Source of the DNA: Octopus bimaculoides
Lineage: Eukaryota
Length of the DNA: 43,776 nt
Assembly: GCF_001194135.2 (NCBI RefSeq)
Contig: NC_068988.1
Span: 18,079,362-18,123,137, forward strand
Direction: 5' to 3'
Shown here: positions 37,566 to 43,776 of the stretch, piece after piece
Layout: each line of letters opens with the position of its first letter
Position numbering within the stretch: position 1 is the stretch's first letter
The notes under the pieces: model-generated
What the model was told of the DNA's origin: nothing
The model's input: only the letters and a program-made list of their open reading frames with translations
Database searches by the model: none
Translations under genes and position numbers: made by a program

Positions 37566-39044
37566 AGGGTGGTGTAAAAACTGCAGCTTTTGAAATTGGT
37601 AACCAAGAATCGATATTTTGTTGCAAATTAGGGTTAAAAGAAAGGTGTATAAAGAACTTTGTGGTTAGATATTTTTTTCAACACAATCAAAAATTTTTTT
37701 AATTATTTTTTTGGGTCAAACTTTGGATTTCATGGAGTGTAACAAATACATATTTCTATATAGCAGAAGGCAAAACAGTAAATATAGTATCCTTAAGATG
37801 TTGCATACCAAGTTTCAATACAATTGACTTATAGCTTGAGGTTCTGCATTGACTATAAATAAAACAAGAGTGTGAACTTCTCTCCAGTGCTTCTGCAACA
37901 GTATTTGCTTGTAGATGTACTTCCTATGTGTGTGAAGTTTTCTGCTTTGTACCTTGCCTTTAGGCTATTGTATTAAAATTAATGATCAGGTTAAATTTAG
38001 TGTTGTTTACATTTAGTGATGACACATAAGCTAATAACACATCATGATACTGAATGCTTGATATTTGGTACTCCGTGTGATCTTAGTGAGCGAGTTTTGC
38101 CAACTTATAAGGACATACTAAAATGTGTTTTTATTTGAATGAGAAAATGAAAAGAATGTAGCTAAGAAAAATTGTCAAGATTGTAGCAGAAAAGATAATT
38201 CTTCTTTGGCAAAAGGCATCCACCTCTTGTGTTACAATTGAGTCAGTTAAACCGAAAATCTTTTATCTAAATTACCAAGCATTACAAAAATCTGTGAAAA
38301 ATAGAAAAAAATGTGTCATCGTTTCAAACAAAGTGCAATGTGTTTAAAAACAATGCAACAAAAGATTTATTTGGCATTTCCTGTTGCAAGTGCAACTCCT
38401 TTAAAAACTGTAGTTGTAGCAGAGACAAAAAAGTACCACAGAGAGAACAAGATTTTTTACAGGATCAATGGACAAATCGAAAAATGACCATTGGTGGAAT
38501 AGATCAAGCAGTATCTAAACAGAACGTTCAGAGGTTGATTAGAAAGAATCAGCCAGATCACAGTTACCCTTCTACCTCTGCAAAGGATAGTTCAAGATTT
38601 TCAGTTTAACTGACTCAGTCATAACACAAGGGATGGATGCCTTTTTCCAAAGAATAATCTTTTCTGCTACAATCTTGACAATTTGTTTAATTTATTTTAA
38701 TGTGTGTAATCTAGACCTCATGTAACACATATATTCGGTGTCCCAGTATTAAAGATAATAAAGAAAACAAAGTTGGAAAGGCTATTTATTTCACATAATT
38801 TCAAAATTTCAAGTGCGTTGTGGAGCCTGAAGATATAAATTTTAGAACTTGAGATTTTAACACTCTTGTTTTTAAAGGATTTCGTAAAAGAAAATTTATT
38901 CTTAACAATTTATGTCAAAAATAAAATTAGGAACAGCAAACGTGTTATAAATTGATTTTTCACACATTATTCAAAATTTTAAGTGGGCTGTGGAGCCTGA
39001 AGGTGTAAATTTAAGAACTTCAGATTTTAACACAGTTGCTTTTA
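37566..39044 (+). mobile_element. Decayed DNA transposon 5' half, with N-terminal Cys-cluster transposase remnant (Sola2-like, tentative)
   Basis: Translations CLIFGTPCDLSERVLPTYKDILKC, IVAEKIILLWQKAS and DLFGISCCKCNSFKNCSCSRDKKVPQREQDFLQDQWTNRKMTIGGID; candidate terminus GGGTGGTG at 37566. The superfamily assignment is from memory and unverified. Confidence 0.6.
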
Positions 39045-39939
39045 NNNNNNNNNNNNNNNNNNNNNNNNNNNNNNNNNNNNNNNNNNNNNNNNNNNNNNNN
39101 NNNNNNNNNNNNNNNNNNNNNNNNNNNNNNNNNNNNNNNNNNNNNNNNNNNNNNNNNNNNNNNNNNNNNNNNNNNNNNNNNNNNNNNNNNNNNNNNNNNN
39201 NNNNNNNNNNNNNNNNNNNNNNNNNNNNNNNNNNNNNNNNNNNNNNNNNNNNNNNNNNNNNNNNNNNNNNNNNNNNNNNNNNNNNNNNNNNNNNNNNNNN
39301 NNNNNNNNNNNNNNNNNNNNNNNNNNNNNNNNNNNNNNNNNNNNNNNNNNNNNNNNNNNNNNNNNNNNNNNNNNNNNNNNNNNNNNNNNNNNNNNTATAT
39401 ATATATATATATATATCTGTCTCCAGATCTCTCTCTCCTCTTTCTCTTTCTTTCCCCTCTTTCTCTTTATAGTTGCACAAAATCATCCACTAACACACAC
39501 ACACACACACACACATTTACTACTGTACCGTTATTCCAAATACGTAACTAGATTTACCAAATTTACTTGCATTATCTGGAAAATAAGCACTTTAAAGAAC
39601 ATTTGCAGTTATCAAGTAAACATTCCTGCTAGCAAAATACCTACTGCTTGGTAAAAAGGTCAAATCAAATTCAAACTGTTGACTCTTCCTACAAATATAT
39701 ACTCTTTGAAGTATATTACACTTCAAAGGACATCTTGCTATGGAGTACCTACCAATCAATTTCAACTGTGGAAACCAAATCACTTAACCAATCATGAACC
39801 TCAAAGTGGTTGGTATTCAAAACAAGAGAATATTACTAATTAGTTGACTGGAATTTTTTTTTTTAAGACGTGCCATTCTAACCTTATTTAATTGGTTGTT
39901 TGACACTTTAAGTCTTGGGTCATTTTTTTTTTTTTTTTT

Positions 39940-40346
39940 TTAGCTGATTCTGTTGGAAGTATTAGTGCTCATGACCTTTGCAGATACTCTTAGAATGGTA
40001 GGATTGAGACCATTAATATTTCTCTTGAACCTTTGTAAATCAACATCTGTAGGAAAGATATGAGCAGAGCAGGAATTCCAGCAAGCCAAAGTTTTAAGAA
40101 GGAATAACAGAGTGTAGTGTTTAGGCATGTAGTATTTAGGGTTGGATGAAACAAAAGTAATGTTAGGAGGAGATCTAAATGGGATGGGAGTGCCTGAATG
40201 GAGTGGGTACAAACCCAACTAGATACAAGGTGCAAATGCTATTATAGCTGTTGTAGGAAAAGCAATGAAAGGAACAGACTGGAGTGTGCCTGTGAGTGAC
40301 TTTATGCCAGTCATAGAGGTGGCCTTCTTTTGGATGTGGTCTAGAA
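39940..40346 (-). mobile_element. Decayed CR1/Jockey-group LINE C-terminus
   Basis: Minus strand gives VLDHIQKKATSMTGIKSLTGTLQS ... KTLACWNSCSAHIFPTDVDLQRFKRNIN. Confidence 0.75.
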
Positions 40347-40583
40347 CAGGGGTTTTCAAACTGTGGTCTGCGGACCACAGGGGGTCCGCAAGGACAAGAC
40401 GGGGGTCCGTGGACAGCAAATACTTTTTATGGGCAATTTGATTTTATATGTTTTTTAATCAAAATCTTTTAATTAACAATAAACCTATCTGTTAAATACT
40501 GTTAAATAAATAAATGTAAAAATATATGTTATTTTAAGCAAATATTTATGTATAAATTTCATAAGCATTTATAAGGGGGTCTC
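40347..40583. mobile_element. hAT/Charlie-like non-autonomous element, one end intact
   Basis: Starts CAGGGGTTTTCAAACTG right after gtctagaa, which fits the NTCTAGAN hAT-Charlie target consensus; subterminal ggggtcc motifs. Confidence 0.7.
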
Positions 40584-42466
40584 AGATGTCAGAGCAGTAA
40601 ACCATTGTAAAGCAACAAAGAAGATGAAATAAAATGTCAATTGGTTCTTTTAAAATGGTACTGAGTTTAAATTGTAAGCAACATCTGAATATGTTCTGAC
40701 TAATTTATAGACACAATGCTAAAGCTTTTCTTTCTTGAACAGAAATGATGTTGCTGAAGGTCACTTATAGAGAAATGAAATTCAAGACTCTATTGTTACC
40801 CTAAGCAAAATGAAGGGAAACAATATTGAATTTTAAAATTCTTATAAGAAGTCTCAGTTGGCTATGGAAAGACCAGATTTACTTTTAGCCATCAAAAGTA
40901 GAATTGAATCTGATTGCTTGTTAACTGAACATGTTTTATGATTTTTCTTGAAGTTTTACTCAAATCTTAGTAGAAATATATATGTATTTATATTGCCAAT
41001 GGTTATTGTTTATAATAACAGGCTTGCAGTTATAGGAAGGGTCATGGTTGGCATATCCAGTTCATGAGCATAAAGTTTAATTCCTGGATCTAGTGCACTG
41101 TGTCCTTGAATAAGGTGCTTCATTCCATGTTGTTCCTGTCAACACTGTTGTAAATGACTACCATCTGGGTGGTAGACAGAACTTTCCCCACTCTCTCTCT
41201 CTCTCTGGCTGTCATGTCCTGGTTTACTTGCTGTGAACTGGTGGGTGACCAAGCAGATATCTGTGTTTGTTTATCACTACATATGCAATTACAGATTGCA
41301 TGATATATTTTACCATACTATACTCCTTCATGAATACTCTCTCGTGAACTGCTAGTACTCAGTTATGTTCAGTTCAATGTAAATAACATTATGTCATTAT
41401 GTGCAATGTTTAAGACCCAACAAGCAAAAGTACAAACAGAGACTGAGTAGGTGATTCAGTTATCTATTTGTTGAAGAATGAATCCTGCCATTCTGTAAAA
41501 AACAAGAATCCTAGAAATATTTAATCAGAATTTTAAAGGATTTTAAAAATATAAAAGAAATTTTGCCAAAAATCAATTATTTTGTTGCAAGTCATAAAAT
41601 ACTGTCATATTCATTAGCATTTTACAATTTATATGAAGAATTCTAAATTAGAATGGGTCAAAGTTTTCAATTATCAGAATTATATTACATTTTTTTGTTT
41701 ATCATACGCTAATAGTTTTGCTTCTTATTGAATTCTATATCATAAAATGAGGCTTAAAATCCCGCTTATGCATTCCCACTCAAATATGCTCCTTCAGCAA
41801 ATTGCTGACATTATAAAGAACTGATTGAAGAGAAAATTCTGTTTCTAATTATACGTGCTATGGATAAAAATAAAACGTTGATGAAATTGAAAATAATTTA
41901 CCTAATACCAGTAACATGTGTATTTGCTATGGTATCAAATAACGCTAAACAAACTAGGCTTAGCAATGTAAGCAAAGAAGAAAGAATGTTAAAATGACAT
42001 TGATGATAAAAACAGATGAGGAGGATGACAATGGGTTCTAAATTCCATTGCCTTCTAGTAATCAGGCTTATAGTAGCTCCTCTCAGCCTAATAAGAGTTA
42101 TTATATGCTTCATTGCAGTCTATCTCAGCAACTACATAAAATACATGATAGTTATAATGCTAAAAACAGGAGATGTTTATGGGGAACATAAGAGTCATCA
42201 GATGTACATGCATTGCTAATTAACACATAAAGAATATGGTATACTATACAATTTTGAAATTGCATACACATATGCAACAAAAAAATTGGTGCAACATGGA
42301 TTTTAGCCAGACTACACAGTAACCAAATTGTCCATTCCCTTCCTTAAACATAACATACTTCCAACATATGTTTGCCCCCACCTTCAAAATAGTTGCCCTA
42401 ATTAGTCTGTGCACACCATACTATGCAAACTGATAGGAGTGATGTTGATAGTTACATATATATGTA

Positions 42467-42706
42467 CAAAATGAGGGAATGGAGCAGGTAAAATCCAGGC
42501 TACATATGTTTCCTAGTTAGCAGAATCTCAGAAGTTATAATTACTCAATGAGGATACTCCACTAGCTATTCATCAGGCCAAAGATACCTTAGTTAACTTG
42601 GGATCCCTTTACGACAATGTAACCTCCATTTAACTAAGGTATCTTTGGCCTGCTAGCTAGGAAACATATGTAGCCTGGATTTTATCTGCTCCATTCCCTC
42701 ATTTTG
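42467..42706. repeat. Near-perfect long inverted repeat (MITE-like fold-back)
   Basis: 42467-42523 pairs with the distal right arm ending at 42706 (57 bp, 2 mismatches); 42574-42596 pairs perfectly with 42630-42652. Confidence 0.93.
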
Positions 42707-43259
42707 GATTTTTATTGGCATACATAGCAACTTTAGTTGCTAACCATGAACTATAAAATAACTTCTTTCAGTTTAACTAACTTTGATAGGGAAAGAACTC
42801 ACAACCTTCTATGCCATTAAACTACTATTGTTCCTGAAAGTTTTTTTTAATACTTTCTGCAGACTGCTCAAAACTTACTAACTTCCTACACTTAGACCCT
42901 TGGATCTTACACTTACATAATTTACATATTATTGTAATATATATGTGTCCCTTATATTATAGGGGTTCTATTTATAGAAGTATTGTGCATGCGAGATTCT
43001 TACATACAAGGCTTTGGTCAGCTTGGAGTTGTAGTAAAAGATATGAGGAACTTTATGTATCCTCAAAGAATGCTTCAATAAGCATTTTGATGTTAGAACT
43101 AGGCAATGTAGAAGAGGAACTTAAAGTCCTGCAGTAGCAGACACAGTTTGATTTGGACAGATGATGAGCGCTGCTAATCACAAAGATGATATTGACCAAT
43201 TAAATATACTTTCCCGCAAGTGTTGCAAGCTCACATTTTGTTAAATAACTATGTCATCA

Positions 43260-43558
43260 TCATCGTTATTATCATCATTGTTTTAACATCTACTTTTTCA
43301 TGTTTGCTTCAGTTGGATGAAATACAGTGAAGCAGGTTTCTATGACTGGATGTACTTTCTGTTGCCAACCCTGACCGGTTTCCAAGCAATGTAATTTTTC
43401 CCCCTTGTCTGGACATATTTCCACAAGAATTTACAAACAAAAAGCTCTGCTTGTATGATAGTGATGTTTGTTTACTATTAGCATATGATGTCGAGACAAG
43501 GCGTAAAAAACACACATCAATACACACAAACATATATACATAGACTCATGCATGCATG

Positions 43559-43622
<64 letters not shown>

Positions 43623-43776
43623 CACGGAAATGTTCTTTCAGTTTCTGTCCATCAAATATTCACTGCCAAAGCTTTGGCCAGCTCAAGGCAATAGCTGAAG
43701 ACACTTGCCCAATGTGATGTACAGTGGGACTGAATCCAAAATTGCATGGGTGCAAAGCAAATTTCCTAACCACATA
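43260..43776 (-). mobile_element. Diverged family D-like repeat (about 43260-43480), (CA)n, and family A SINE (43625-end)
   Basis: catcatcatcgtt..tttttcatg..ctggatg..gttgccaacc; gaagacacttgcccaa..gggactgaa. Confidence 0.7.

Overview
AT-rich eukaryotic scaffold with N gaps that mostly sit beside microsatellites. The repeat families look like those of an octopus or other coleoid cephalopod (inference from pattern recognition, not a database search). No intact host protein-coding gene can be called, and most supplied ORFs are microsatellite or gap artefacts. The window consists of (TA)n/(CA)n/(TAA)n/(CAT)n tracts, dozens of copies of four short retroposon families (called A-D here), decayed LINEs (two CR1, two R4/Dong-like, one RTE, two CR1/Jockey-group) and decayed DNA transposons (Tc1/mariner, mariner, nested piggyBac-type MITEs, hAT, a possible Sola-type element). 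The most interesting signals are a CRE-cluster/E-box/TATA promoter-like island at about 3.7-4.3 kb, an apparent drop in CpG content after about 9.3 kb that may mark a methylated gene body with tiny hidden exons, and several independent fold-back (hairpin) elements that could be dsRNA, ADAR or small-RNA substrates. All translations and alignments were done by eye, so repeat boundaries are approximate.
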